From: Candidatus Thorarchaeota archaeon
Lineage (GTDB): Archaea > Asgardarchaeota > Thorarchaeia > Thorarchaeales > Thorarchaeaceae
Length of the DNA: 64,000 nucleotides
Direction of reading: 5' to 3'
Assembly: GCA_030612005.1 (NCBI GenBank)
Contig: JAUWOU010000001.1
Coordinates: forward strand, 14,612 to 78,611
The notes beneath the pieces were generated by a model. That model saw only the letters and a program-made list of their open reading frames with translations. It was not told the DNA's origin and searched no databases. Shown in pieces: positions 40,553-50,310 of this stretch. The translations under genes and the position numbers were made by a program. How positions within the stretch are numbered: position 1 is the stretch's first letter; every line of letters starts with the position of its first letter.

Positions 40553-40591
40553 AGTTCCGGGACAATAAACCTGGAACTTATTTTCTTTTTC
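40553..40591 (+). terminator. hairpin (AGTTCCGGG-N8-CCTGGAACT) followed by a T-rich tract (TATTTTCTTTTTC): intrinsic-terminator-like element
   Basis: Located 8 nt after the TAG of 39592..40545. A T-tract is the main archaeal termination signal. Confidence 0.45.
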
Positions 40592-40648
40592 TAGCTAAAT
40601 CTTAATGGCATAAAGTTCATATGTAGCATATGACGGCAGCGGCATTCG

Positions 40649-42265
40649 TTGAACATGATAGCAGAGCTGACTATTGCATTCAATATTATTGGTGGTCTCG
40701 CCCTATTCATGTATGGCGTGACTCTCCTCAGAGAAACCCTTGGAAAAATCTCTGGGAAGCGAGTAGTTAGGGTTTTAGAAAAGGTGAGTAATGATCCTAT
40801 AAGGGGAATGGGGGCGGGTACCGCTGCAACCTTCATGACTCAAAGTTCAAGCATTACAGTTCTAACTCTAATTGGTTTTGTAAATGCAGGACTGATGACA
40901 TTCAGACAATCAGTGAATGTCATGCTAGGTGCAGAGATTGGAACCACAGTTACTGCACAACTTGTATCATTTAATATCGGAGGCATTTTCTGGCCTATGG
41001 TCGCATTTGGTTTCTTCATGAAGATGTTCTCTAAGAGAGAAAATGTTCAACTTGCAGGAACAGTCATCTTCAGCTTGGGACTCTTATTCCTAAGCATGGA
41101 GTTCATGAAGCAAGGAGCAGCTCCCCTGACAACAGACTATCCGGTCTTCACAAACCTCATCAATGATTTCGGAGCCATTCCCATTTATGGCATCTTAATT
41201 GGCGCATTAATAGCAGGTGTGACCCAGAGTAGTTCTGCTACAACAAGTCTTGTAATTGCCATGGGTGCAGCCGGGGCAATTGGTCTTGCTCCTGCAATAG
41301 CTCTAGTTATGGGAGCTAATATTGGAACATGTTTCCTAGAATTAGCCGCCGGAATTGGTGCAACCACGCCCGCAAAGCGAACAGCAGTTGCTCAAACCAT
41401 CATCAATGTTGTTGGAGTAGCTATATTCCTACCATTCCTAGGTCCATTCGCGGACTTAGTGACAACAACATCTGCTGATCTTCCACGTCAGATTGCAAAT
41501 GCACACACAATCTTCAATGTGGCCGTTAGCTTCATGTTCGTTCCATTAGTTGGGTTGGTTGTCAAATTCTGTGAACGTTTGATACCTGATAAAGAGGGTG
41601 AAATAATAGGGAAACATTTCTTCGATGATGAAATGCTACACATGCCTCAAGCCGCGCTAATGGAAGCAGAACGTGAAGTAATCAGTACTGCTGAAAAGAC
41701 TGTTGAGATGATTGTGCTAAGTAAAAACGCGCTTCTCACTCGAAACCTTGAGGATGCAAAAATCGTTATTCGTTTGGAAGATGAGGTTGATGAGAGCTGT
41801 CGAGATACTGAGGAGTTCATTGATAAAATTCGAGAAGAAGAGCTGAATAAAGTAGATGCAATCTGGAGAATCAAGCTGCTTGCAATACTAACCGATATTG
41901 AAAGAGTAGGAGACCTGGCATCAAACATTGCGGAGTTTGTGACTGACAAGGTGAAAGAAGATATTTCCTTCTCAGAACCAGCAATGAAAGAACTCGGTGA
42001 AATGTTCGACTTAGTCAAGGAAACCTATTCAACAGCAATCAAGTCATTGAAGACCAAGGATAAAGATCTTGCAAAAGTAGCTGAGCAACTTGAAGATGAT
42101 GTTGATGATCTTGAACGGAAACTCAAGGAAACTCATGTTGAACGTGTGAAACACGGTGTATGTAAACCAGAAGCAGACTCAATCTTCATTGAAACACTAA
42201 GAAACCTTGAGAGAATCAGTGACCATGCAGACAATATCGCTTATGATGTTATAATGGACACATGA
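40649..42265 (+). CDS. Na+/phosphate cotransporter (NptA/type II-like) with C-terminal PhoU-like domains
   Basis: Duplicated membrane repeats with QSSSxT-type motifs (TQSSSITVL; TQSSSATTSLV) and a coiled helical C-terminal PhoU-like region. Confidence 0.75.
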   Translation: MNMIAELTIAFNIIGGLALFMYGVTLLRETLGKISGKRVVRVLEKVSNDPIRGMGAGTAATFMTQSSSITVLTLIGFVNAGLMTFRQSVNVMLGAEIGTTVTAQLVSFNIGGIFWPMVAFGFFMKMFSKRENVQLAGTVIFSLGLLFLSMEFMKQGAAPLTTDYPVFTNLINDFGAIPIYGILIGALIAGVTQSSSATTSLVIAMGAAGAIGLAPAIALVMGANIGTCFLELAAGIGATTPAKRTAVAQTIINVVGVAIFLPFLGPFADLVTTTSADLPRQIANAHTIFNVAVSFMFVPLVGLVVKFCERLIPDKEGEIIGKHFFDDEMLHMPQAALMEAEREVISTAEKTVEMIVLSKNALLTRNLEDAKIVIRLEDEVDESCRDTEEFIDKIREEELNKVDAIWRIKLLAILTDIERVGDLASNIAEFVTDKVKEDISFSEPAMKELGEMFDLVKETYSTAIKSLKTKDKDLAKVAEQLEDDVDDLERKLKETHVERVKHGVCKPEADSIFIETLRNLERISDHADNIAYDVIMDT

Positions 42266-42270
42266 TGAAA

Positions 42271-43713
42271 TTACTCTTCATCTTTGGGTTTCTTTGAGTG
42301 GTCATGACCGAGATTACCTGCTCGGGTCATCCGCTCCGGTGAAAGCATAAGGTCCAACCAACTCTCATCCATAAGACCCTCTTCAAGCACAATCTCGCGA
42401 ATCGAGCGACCTGTATCCAATGCTTGTTTAGCAACACGCGTTGCAGCCTTATAGCCGATAACTGGATTTAGTGCAGTGACTAGGCCAACACTGCGATGAA
42501 CTAAATCAAGACCAACAGGATTAGCCTGGATTCCTTTGATGCACTTCTCAGTCAGAATCGGAATCGCATTCTTCAGAATTTTCAAACTCTGAAAAAAGTT
42601 GTAGGCAATCACAGGTTCAAACGCATTCAATTCCAATTGTCCAGATTGTGCAGCCATTGTGATTACCAAATCGTGGCCCATTACTTGGAATGCAACCTGA
42701 GTAATCATTTCGGGGATTACAGGATTAATTTTTCCAGGCATTATTGAGGAGCCAGGTTGCACAGGGGGAAGTGTAATCTCATGGAACCCACCAATAGGAC
42801 CAGAAGAAAGTAGTATCAAATCCCCGCAAATCTTGCTGAGATTTGTGGCGATGACACGAAGCAGTCCTGATGCGTGGACAAATTCGTCACTGTTTTGAGT
42901 ATCATCTATGAGATTGTCTGCAGTTACCAGTTCCTCAATCCCTGTGACCTCTCTCAAATAATTCTCAGCAAGTTCAATGTATTCCGGGTCTGCATTGAGT
43001 GAAGTGCCGATTGCCGTGGCGCCTAAATTGTGAGTCTTCAGGACTGCTTTAATTGATTCAATCCGGTTTAGGTCTCGCTTAAGAGCTCCAGACCAAGCAG
43101 AGAACTCCTGTCCAAGCGTGATAGGAACTGCATCTTGCATCTCGGTACGACCCAATTTCAGAAGATCTTTGAACTCTGTTGCCTTCTCATCAAGAACCTC
43201 CACGAGATAGGAGAGACATATTTTTAGGTCTCTCAGACTGTATATAGTTGCAATCTTAATTGCAGTCGGATAAACATCATTCGTTGATTGGCTCTTATTG
43301 ACGTCGTCATTTGCAGAGATAGGACTCATTGAATTTCGTTCTTCACCAAGAATCTCATTTGCACGAGATGCGATAACCTCATTCATACACATATTGGTGG
43401 AAGTACCTGCACCTCCTTGTAGCATATCCACGACAAATTGATCTTCAAGGGCACCAGCAACAATTTCATTGCAAGCCTGAATTATTGCTTTACCGAATTT
43501 TGGTTTAAAATGCCCAAGGTCTTCATTTGCAAGAGCACATGCCTTCTTGACCATTGCCAAGGATTGAATCAGTGTTGAGTATTTAGATAAATTGACCCTA
43601 GAAACATCAAAGTTCTCTTGTGCCCGTAGAGTTTGAATTCCCCAATAAGCATCCTTAGGTACCATTCTTGTTCCCAGAAGGTCACTTTCTTCTCTAAATC
43701 CTTCGCCACTCAT
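42271..43713 (-). CDS. aspartate ammonia-lyase / class II fumarate hydratase family lyase (aspartase-like)
   Basis: GSSIMPGKINPVIPE signature loop; the NPVxPE variant is closer to aspartase than to fumarase C (NPTQCE). The N-terminal AYWGIQTLRA is typical of the family. Confidence 0.85.
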   Translation of the reverse strand: MSGEGFREESDLLGTRMVPKDAYWGIQTLRAQENFDVSRVNLSKYSTLIQSLAMVKKACALANEDLGHFKPKFGKAIIQACNEIVAGALEDQFVVDMLQGGAGTSTNMCMNEVIASRANEILGEERNSMSPISANDDVNKSQSTNDVYPTAIKIATIYSLRDLKICLSYLVEVLDEKATEFKDLLKLGRTEMQDAVPITLGQEFSAWSGALKRDLNRIESIKAVLKTHNLGATAIGTSLNADPEYIELAENYLREVTGIEELVTADNLIDDTQNSDEFVHASGLLRVIATNLSKICGDLILLSSGPIGGFHEITLPPVQPGSSIMPGKINPVIPEMITQVAFQVMGHDLVITMAAQSGQLELNAFEPVIAYNFFQSLKILKNAIPILTEKCIKGIQANPVGLDLVHRSVGLVTALNPVIGYKAATRVAKQALDTGRSIREIVLEEGLMDESWLDLMLSPERMTRAGNLGHDHSKKPKDEE

Positions 43714-43781
43714 TCTTCATTATCTCCCATTATGAATTAATGCTATACAGTGTCTTATTTCATTAACTACTATGGATATTT

Positions 43782-45368
43782 TCAAAATCCTGCAGCTTGT
43801 CCATCCTTCCTAAAGTCAGAGCCAGCAATCCATCCGTCCTCAAGTCGAAGGATGACTTGACCACCACCAAAACCTGATACAGTCTTTTCAGCAAGTCGAT
43901 GCCCCATCTTTCGGAGCTCATTCTGTATTACTACAGGGAACCCATTCTCCAGAGCAACTATGTTCTCTTCATGATTATGATTGAAACGTGGATAGTCCAT
44001 AGCTGCCTGTGGACCCATTTGATAGTCAACCAAATTACTAACAAACTGGGCATGAGCTTGTGCTTGATGGGCACCACCCATGATCCCAAAGACACCTACG
44101 AAATCTTTGTCTTTGTAGAGAGCTCCAGGAATAATGGTATTGAAGGGCAATTTCTTTGGCGCATATCTGTTAGGATGCTCAGGGTCGAGTGATAACAGAT
44201 TCCCTCTATTCTGAAGCTTGATTCCAGTGCCAGGTACCACGAGACCACTTCCAAATCCACGATAGAGGCTGTTGATGAATGAAACTGCTCTGCCTTCACC
44301 ATCAGCGGTAGCTAGATAGATAGTGTCACTTCCTACGGGAACTCCTGAACCATATTCTTTCATGGCTTTTGATGAATCAATAAGTTGAGCACGATTCTTT
44401 GCATAATCTTTGGATAAGAGTTTCTTCAATGGCACATCATAGAATCCAGGGTCAGTATTGTGCTGATGCAATTCTGCATACGCGAGTTTCTTGGCTTCTA
44501 TCATAATGTGATAACGCTCTGGACTAAGAGCAGAATATCTGGATATGTCAAATTGCTCCATGAGGTTAAGCATGTCAAGTGCTGCAAAACCTTGACCATT
44601 GGGAGGATGTTCAAAAACATCCATTCCTCTATATGAGGTTGAAATGGGGGTTGTTTCCTCAGTCTTATGGGATGCTAGGTCTTCCAGAGTCAAAAATCCG
44701 TTATGCTCCTGAACAAGGTTTACTATAGCTTCAGCAGTCCTTCCAGAGTAAAATGCCTGGAGACCCTCATTTGTTACAGATTCAAAGATATCACCAAGAT
44801 CTTTGTTCCTCCTGGTTTCACCCAACGCAGGTGCTCGACCATCAATCAAATAGAGTTTCTTTGCGTAATCATTAATCAGAATGCTTGCAGCCATGGACCA
44901 AACTCGAGTAATAATGGGGGAAACAGGAAATCCATTTCGAGCATAATGAATTGCAGGAGCTAAAACTTCTTTGAACTCAAGAAACCCATATTTTTCAACT
45001 ACATAGAACCACATATGCATGGCTCCAGGAACTGTAACGGGAGGACCACCGCGGAGTGGCATCTCAGTCCATCCCTTGTCTAATAAATCGTCTAGGGTTA
45101 CAAGAGACCCCGTCCTACCCGATCCATTGATACTTACTGGATGATTATTGCCAGGAAGATGAATGAGAGCAAATGCATCTCCACCACAACCGGTGCTGAA
45201 AGGTTCGACAACATCCAAGACTGCTGCGCTTGCTACTGCAGCATCTACTGCATTCCCACCTTTTCTAAGAATTTCTACACCTGCTTGAGTAGCAAGTGGT
45301 TGAGAGGTTGCAACCATGCCACCTTTTGCAATAACATCAGACCGACCGGTCAATCTCTGCCAACTCAT
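43782..45368 (-). CDS. ggt: gamma-glutamyltranspeptidase (Ntn hydrolase)
   Basis: GGT family pattern throughout. The N-terminus starts with the GGNAVDAAVA motif; the autoprocessing region is ...GSDTIYLATADGEG; C-terminal MGGAHQAQ. Confidence 0.85.
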   Translation of the reverse strand: MSWQRLTGRSDVIAKGGMVATSQPLATQAGVEILRKGGNAVDAAVASAAVLDVVEPFSTGCGGDAFALIHLPGNNHPVSINGSGRTGSLVTLDDLLDKGWTEMPLRGGPPVTVPGAMHMWFYVVEKYGFLEFKEVLAPAIHYARNGFPVSPIITRVWSMAASILINDYAKKLYLIDGRAPALGETRRNKDLGDIFESVTNEGLQAFYSGRTAEAIVNLVQEHNGFLTLEDLASHKTEETTPISTSYRGMDVFEHPPNGQGFAALDMLNLMEQFDISRYSALSPERYHIMIEAKKLAYAELHQHNTDPGFYDVPLKKLLSKDYAKNRAQLIDSSKAMKEYGSGVPVGSDTIYLATADGEGRAVSFINSLYRGFGSGLVVPGTGIKLQNRGNLLSLDPEHPNRYAPKKLPFNTIIPGALYKDKDFVGVFGIMGGAHQAQAHAQFVSNLVDYQMGPQAAMDYPRFNHNHEENIVALENGFPVVIQNELRKMGHRLAEKTVSGFGGGQVILRLEDGWIAGSDFRKDGQAAGF

Positions 45369-45371
45369 TTC

Positions 45372-46757
45372 TTAGCCCTCCACAGGATATCCTTTGGCTT
45401 TCCACCCTTTAATTCCACTGAGAGGTACAACAATATTACTGAAACCATTGTGCTTCATAATGCTAGCAGCAGCTGTACTTCTAAAACCAGATGGGCATGC
45501 GATGGCAATCGTTTTTGAGTAATCAATGTCTGATACTTCTTCTTCCAAACTAGTAAGTGGTGACGATTTCGAACCAGCTATTCGGGCGTTCTCAAATTCA
45601 TGAGGCTCACGTACATCGATGATACCAAGCGTATTATTGTTCAAACCAGTTTTTAGATCTTCAATTGAGAAAGATGATATACTATCAACCGCTCTCCCAC
45701 TTTTGCTCCATTCGTGAAAGCCATTCTTTAGATATCCGATAATATTGTCCAGGCCAACACGAAGTAGAGAACTATGAGCTAGTTCGAGGTCATTATAATC
45801 ATTGAGAATAAATGAGAAAGTCTGATCAGACCGCAGTGCCCAACCAGCTAAGAGACCTATGTTAGTCAAGCTCATGCTTATCGTTCTGGGAATATGCGAA
45901 TTCAAGAATTCAGCATTACTTCTTGTGTCAATGGCTCTATGATTGGATTGATCTATTAATTTCTCAAACTCACTAATATCCAGTTCTTCCAGTGGTTTAA
46001 TACTTGAGAGTAGAGGAGGTCCATCAGTATTCAATTTCTCACATCGCTTGAAATGCGAAGATAGTGTCAGTCGTTGATCGACCTTCGACTTGATGAATTC
46101 ATCCTCATCCATTGCTAACCATGCATTATTTGCTTTCTCAAAACCAATCGTTGAGAATTCTCGATCACTTATTGCACCGCCACAGACTGAACCTGCACCG
46201 TGACCAGGACGAATAATAACACCATCACCCAGACGTAGTACCTTATCGTGAAGACTTGTGTACAATTTCTTTGACATTTGAGAGTGTTTTGCAATGTCTA
46301 CTAAATCGGTTCTTCCAACTTCATTCACAAAAAGAGTGTCACCAGTAAAGGCTACGATTGGATCCGAACCTACTGTAGTATCTGCGACAACATAACACAT
46401 GCTATCATCAGTGTGACCGGGTGTATTCAAACAAGTTACTTTCATATTCCCAATTTGGAATATTTCACCATCAGCGAGGTCAAGCTCACCATAACCAAAC
46501 TTTGTTGCTACACTATGCCCTATTTCTGCATCAGGAATATGTGATTGAAGCTCAAGAGAACCAATGACATAATCTTCATTCCGATGAGTTTCGAAGATAT
46601 GTGTAATCTTACTCTCAGATTGGGTAGCTAAGTTATGATAGACTAGAGCATCACGTCTGGGATCTATTACCATAGCCTCATTCTCAGAGCTTACAAAATA
46701 AGATAGAGCTGCAAGCCCTTCAGAACGGATTGTAGTTATCCTCATCAGACGCCTCAC
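45372..46757 (-). CDS. MBL-fold (persulfide-dioxygenase-like) domain fused to two rhodanese domains
   Basis: MBL motifs TPGHTDDS, FTGDTLF, RPGHG, but the first motif is degenerate (FETHRNEDY instead of HxHxDH). The C-terminal rhodanese has active-site CPSGFRS. 4 nt upstream of ggt on the same strand. Confidence 0.7.
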   Translation of the reverse strand: MRRLMRITTIRSEGLAALSYFVSSENEAMVIDPRRDALVYHNLATQSESKITHIFETHRNEDYVIGSLELQSHIPDAEIGHSVATKFGYGELDLADGEIFQIGNMKVTCLNTPGHTDDSMCYVVADTTVGSDPIVAFTGDTLFVNEVGRTDLVDIAKHSQMSKKLYTSLHDKVLRLGDGVIIRPGHGAGSVCGGAISDREFSTIGFEKANNAWLAMDEDEFIKSKVDQRLTLSSHFKRCEKLNTDGPPLLSSIKPLEELDISEFEKLIDQSNHRAIDTRSNAEFLNSHIPRTISMSLTNIGLLAGWALRSDQTFSFILNDYNDLELAHSSLLRVGLDNIIGYLKNGFHEWSKSGRAVDSISSFSIEDLKTGLNNNTLGIIDVREPHEFENARIAGSKSSPLTSLEEEVSDIDYSKTIAIACPSGFRSTAAASIMKHNGFSNIVVPLSGIKGWKAKGYPVEG

Positions 46758-46831
46758 TAAGTTACGTTCCTCTAGCTATCTTAAAAGATGTAAGGTCTAG
46801 TGGATTCATAGGACAAAGATTTAACCGTTAA

Positions 46832-47335
46832 ATGATATTACCAAACTCGGTCATCATCATGAGTGATAACTACAATAGCGACAAAATCGATACTAGTGAA
46901 GGAATCATTGTTGAGGCGTCTTTAGATCTTCTTCGGAAAGCCGCAGAGAAAGTCCTTTTTGAATTCCATGAGATACGATATGACTCAGAAGGAAAAGAAA
47001 AGTCCTCTGAAGAAGACCCAGTTCCTGGTGATTCTGTGGTCTTTGAAGAGCATATCAAACCATGTTCAGCTCAAATCGTTATAATAAAAATCACCTATGG
47101 TCGATGGTATGTCATCTCCACATCAGAAATGCCACAAGGGGGATATCCGTCTGGTAGAGATGCGATGAAAGCAGCAAAGTCAGAAGAAAAAAGGGAACGG
47201 ATTATCAAGGAATTTCTGATGAAAGAAGCAGGCATAGAAAAAGTTGAAGATATTTGTGATTGGAAACCCGACTTACGTGCAGATGCAATTAGTATTTTGA
47301 GTATTAACAAAGCATCAAGAAAATGGGCACACTAG
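46832..47335 (+). CDS. hypothetical acidic protein, 167 aa
   Basis: Clean ORF upstream of the signal peptidase. No motif. Confidence 0.4.
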   Translation: MILPNSVIIMSDNYNSDKIDTSEGIIVEASLDLLRKAAEKVLFEFHEIRYDSEGKEKSSEEDPVPGDSVVFEEHIKPCSAQIVIIKITYGRWYVISTSEMPQGGYPSGRDAMKAAKSEEKRERIIKEFLMKEAGIEKVEDICDWKPDLRADAISILSINKASRKWAH

Positions 47336-47378
47336 ATTCCACCTACTTCGCCAATTTTATTAGATAGACAAAAATCGA

Positions 47379-47969
47379 TTGCTAGGAGATAAAACCATGG
47401 AACGAGCACGTCAGACCTTGAAATGGAACCAGAGGTCAGAAATTACTAAGAACCTCTTTATCATAGCAATTATCATAGGAGTGACACTCGGCGGTTTTGG
47501 ACTCTTCACGGTTTCAATGGGCACTTCAAATCCACTTGTGGTTGTTGAGAGCGAATCGATGCTTCCTACTCTAGGAGTAGGTCATTTATTGGTTCTACAA
47601 GCTCGTGCTCCAGAACAAATCCAAGTTGGAGATATCATTGTCTTCAATGCGTATTATCACGATAAACCAATAGTGCATAGGGTTATTGAGATTCAGAATG
47701 TTACCGGCGAGCTCCATTACTTTACTAAAGGAGATAATAATGCTTTATCAGATCCTGGGTATCGGGTTCATGAAAATATCATTGGGGTCGTAGTACTTGC
47801 TATTCCATATATAGGTCAAGTTACTTTGTTTCTCCATGAACCATATGGATTTACGATTGTAGTTGTGCTCTTTCTTGCTCTGTTAATTCTCCCAGAAATC
47901 TTCATGAAAGACAAAGATAACGAAAACGATGAGCAAAATGTGACAGAACAAGAAACTGCGAGTGGGTAG
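47379..47969 (+). CDS. signal peptidase I (archaeal/eukaryal Sec11-type S26 family)
   Basis: N-terminal TM anchor, then ESMLPTL..GHLLVL (catalytic Ser region) and a conserved His region downstream (PIVHRVIEI). Confidence 0.7.
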   Translation: MLGDKTMERARQTLKWNQRSEITKNLFIIAIIIGVTLGGFGLFTVSMGTSNPLVVVESESMLPTLGVGHLLVLQARAPEQIQVGDIIVFNAYYHDKPIVHRVIEIQNVTGELHYFTKGDNNALSDPGYRVHENIIGVVVLAIPYIGQVTLFLHEPYGFTIVVVLFLALLILPEIFMKDKDNENDEQNVTEQETASG

Positions 47970-48041
47970 AATTCCAAAACCTTAGCAGGGACGCTTGGAA
48001 TTGGGTACTGGGTATTGGAGGTATCGGTGGGGCAACCGCGA

Positions 48042-48073
48042 TTTTTTCGATATGGTATCTTCGAAGACGATAC
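48042..48073. terminator. T6 tract plus adjacent near-palindromic hairpin (GTATC-TCTTCGAAGA-CGATAC) between convergent genes
   Basis: T6 at 48042-48047. The hairpin at 48055-48073 ends 2 nt from the stop of 48076..49641(-). Confidence 0.3.
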
Positions 48074-48075
48074 TA

Positions 48076-49641
48076 TTAACCAAATAATGATTCCACAAGT
48101 CCAGTGAATGACTCTGCGAAGTCATGTGGTAGAACTCCACTACTTGTGCCCTGTACGAATGAAGTAGCAGTATCAGTGTCCATGCGAAGGACAAGCATCT
48201 TTGATCCAAGCTCAGAGGTCAATGCGTCGAATTTCACACCCTTAGTAGCTGCAGGAACTGCGATGATGCTAGTTTGGACAGTCTTGTCATCGAGAATTGT
48301 CTTGAGTCGTTTTCCAGCGTAGAATGCCGCAACTCCACCACTTCGATTCCAATCCTTAACATTAGGAACATCGATTCCAACCTGATGCGTAACATCATCC
48401 TTTGTAATCCGAAGTATTGGTGATTTAACCTTCTGCTTAGTATCCTCGAAAATCTGAAGCTTGACCTCTGCGCCCATAGGAATTCCTGCTATGGCAATAG
48501 CCTCAACTAATGAGTTTGTGACCACAGTACTGGTCAACTTAATCACGTAGTCAAATTGAGGTTCTGCTTCCTTAACGGGTTTATCAAAGAGAATTGAATC
48601 AAGTCGAGGAATGAGGAATTTGATTGCTTCTCGTGGAACACCTTTTGATTGTGTGAATGCCTCATCAACCAGTGATTCGTCAAATGGAAAGAGGTCATCA
48701 GGTGGAGGGTCTATGTTCTGAAGAGTCCAGTACTTGCTCATTGTTTCTCTTAGAAAGACAGCAATATCATCCCGTGTAAATAGATCAAGCTCCACAACAG
48801 GTTCCATTCTGGACCTTGTTGGACCATCAGCAATATTGTATATTCGGTACCAAACATCACTCAGACATGATGCAATGATTACGACGTTCTTGAATTCGTT
48901 ATAGATTCTCTTTAGAATTTCAAGAAAATGTCGCTCACCTTCTTCTCCATAGGCATTGTAGGGACCTTCCATCTCATCAACAAATAATACAATTGGAACT
49001 TCAGAACCCTCTGTCAGAAGCTTCAAGGTTGCCAGGGTCACATCATCTTCCTCTAAAATTGTACGCACGCCAAGTCGTTTAATCTCACTATCACTTAGAG
49101 CGTCACCTAGTAACCATCTTCTAGCAAGGTCGCTCGTTGCAGGATCTAGTCTGTATCTAAGTAACACCTTAACTACATCAGATGATATTCCAGGATAATC
49201 AACAATCAATCTCTCAAGAGCGTAGGTGTAGTCATAAATTTCATGGGTCACACCTTTCAGACCGCCGAACTGTGTGATGAGCATATCAACTGCATCTTCA
49301 AAGAGTTGGTCTCCTGCTTCGTCAACGATGCATGCATGTAGATGAAGTGGAACACGCACTGGAGATGGTGGTGATGGAACATACACTGCCAAGAATTTTC
49401 CTGCCGCAAAGTAATTTTCCTGTTCTTTGAGAACCCAGTAAAGATGAGTCTTTCCAGTTCCAGCAGCTCCAAGGATTGGTTGAAATCTCGGAGTATTATC
49501 TTTCATTGTGAAGCGTACAGCGCGAAAGATTGCTCTATCTGCATCTTTGTGAGGTTCTGGTACATCGATATCATCAGCGATATCACCCCGGGAAACATAA
49601 CGTGTCATTGGTGGGTCTTCTCGAAGAATTTCAAAGTACAT
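48076..49641 (-). CDS. P-loop NTPase of the 'archaeal ATPase' (AAA-like, PF01637-type) family with C-terminal extension
   Basis: Walker A GAAGTGKTHL, Walker B hhhhDEME (VLFVDEME). 521 aa. Confidence 0.6.
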   Translation of the reverse strand: MYFEILREDPPMTRYVSRGDIADDIDVPEPHKDADRAIFRAVRFTMKDNTPRFQPILGAAGTGKTHLYWVLKEQENYFAAGKFLAVYVPSPPSPVRVPLHLHACIVDEAGDQLFEDAVDMLITQFGGLKGVTHEIYDYTYALERLIVDYPGISSDVVKVLLRYRLDPATSDLARRWLLGDALSDSEIKRLGVRTILEEDDVTLATLKLLTEGSEVPIVLFVDEMEGPYNAYGEEGERHFLEILKRIYNEFKNVVIIASCLSDVWYRIYNIADGPTRSRMEPVVELDLFTRDDIAVFLRETMSKYWTLQNIDPPPDDLFPFDESLVDEAFTQSKGVPREAIKFLIPRLDSILFDKPVKEAEPQFDYVIKLTSTVVTNSLVEAIAIAGIPMGAEVKLQIFEDTKQKVKSPILRITKDDVTHQVGIDVPNVKDWNRSGGVAAFYAGKRLKTILDDKTVQTSIIAVPAATKGVKFDALTSELGSKMLVLRMDTDTATSFVQGTSSGVLPHDFAESFTGLVESLFG

Positions 49642-49790
49642 ATTCCTGTCAAAAGTATCAGGGTTTTCTGATGGTGGACTAATAACAAACTACCTCCTAA
49701 CTGGTATTTTTTCATGTATCTTACGGATTTGAATGTACCGAACTTTGTATTCGTCAAACCAGTATCATTATCTAGCAGACTTGAGGTGGT

Positions 49791-50252
49791 ATGAATCTTG
49801 TGAATCCCATGAAAGTGACACTTCCAGTCCTTGAAAAATTTGCAGAGAATCTGAATATCGGTATTGTAATTGTTGATAATGATGACAAAATCATCCTCTT
49901 CAACAAGTTGGCTGGTGAGATGTTACAACAGGATCCGGATACTAGAATCGGAACTTCGATCCTCAGATGTCATGGTGAGATTTCAGAAAAACCAGTTATG
50001 AAAATGTTTGAAGATCTTAGGAACCGAGTGATGGAGCATTATGAGGGATGGGTAAACTTCAAGGGAAGAATGCTCTACGAATATATCTATCCACTCTGGG
50101 ATGAAAATGGTGTTTGTCTTGGAGTAGTAGAAGAGCTTCACGATGCTTCTGAGAAATCAGAATATCTGAAGATGAAAGGCGAATGGAAGGACCTCCACAT
50201 TTCTGGACTAGACGAAAAAGCTCCTCGAAGTCCTCATGAGCATGTGTCCTGA
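49791..50252 (+). CDS. small PAS-like sensor domain protein (putative)
   Basis: 153 aa with a PAS-like core (IGIVIVDNDDKIILFN...). Weak. Confidence 0.35.
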   Translation: MNLVNPMKVTLPVLEKFAENLNIGIVIVDNDDKIILFNKLAGEMLQQDPDTRIGTSILRCHGEISEKPVMKMFEDLRNRVMEHYEGWVNFKGRMLYEYIYPLWDENGVCLGVVEELHDASEKSEYLKMKGEWKDLHISGLDEKAPRSPHEHVS

Positions 50253-50310
50253 AGAAAAATAGTACATTACTGAAATAGTTATGAAGGGTATATTTGAAAT
50301 TAGTTGAGCT

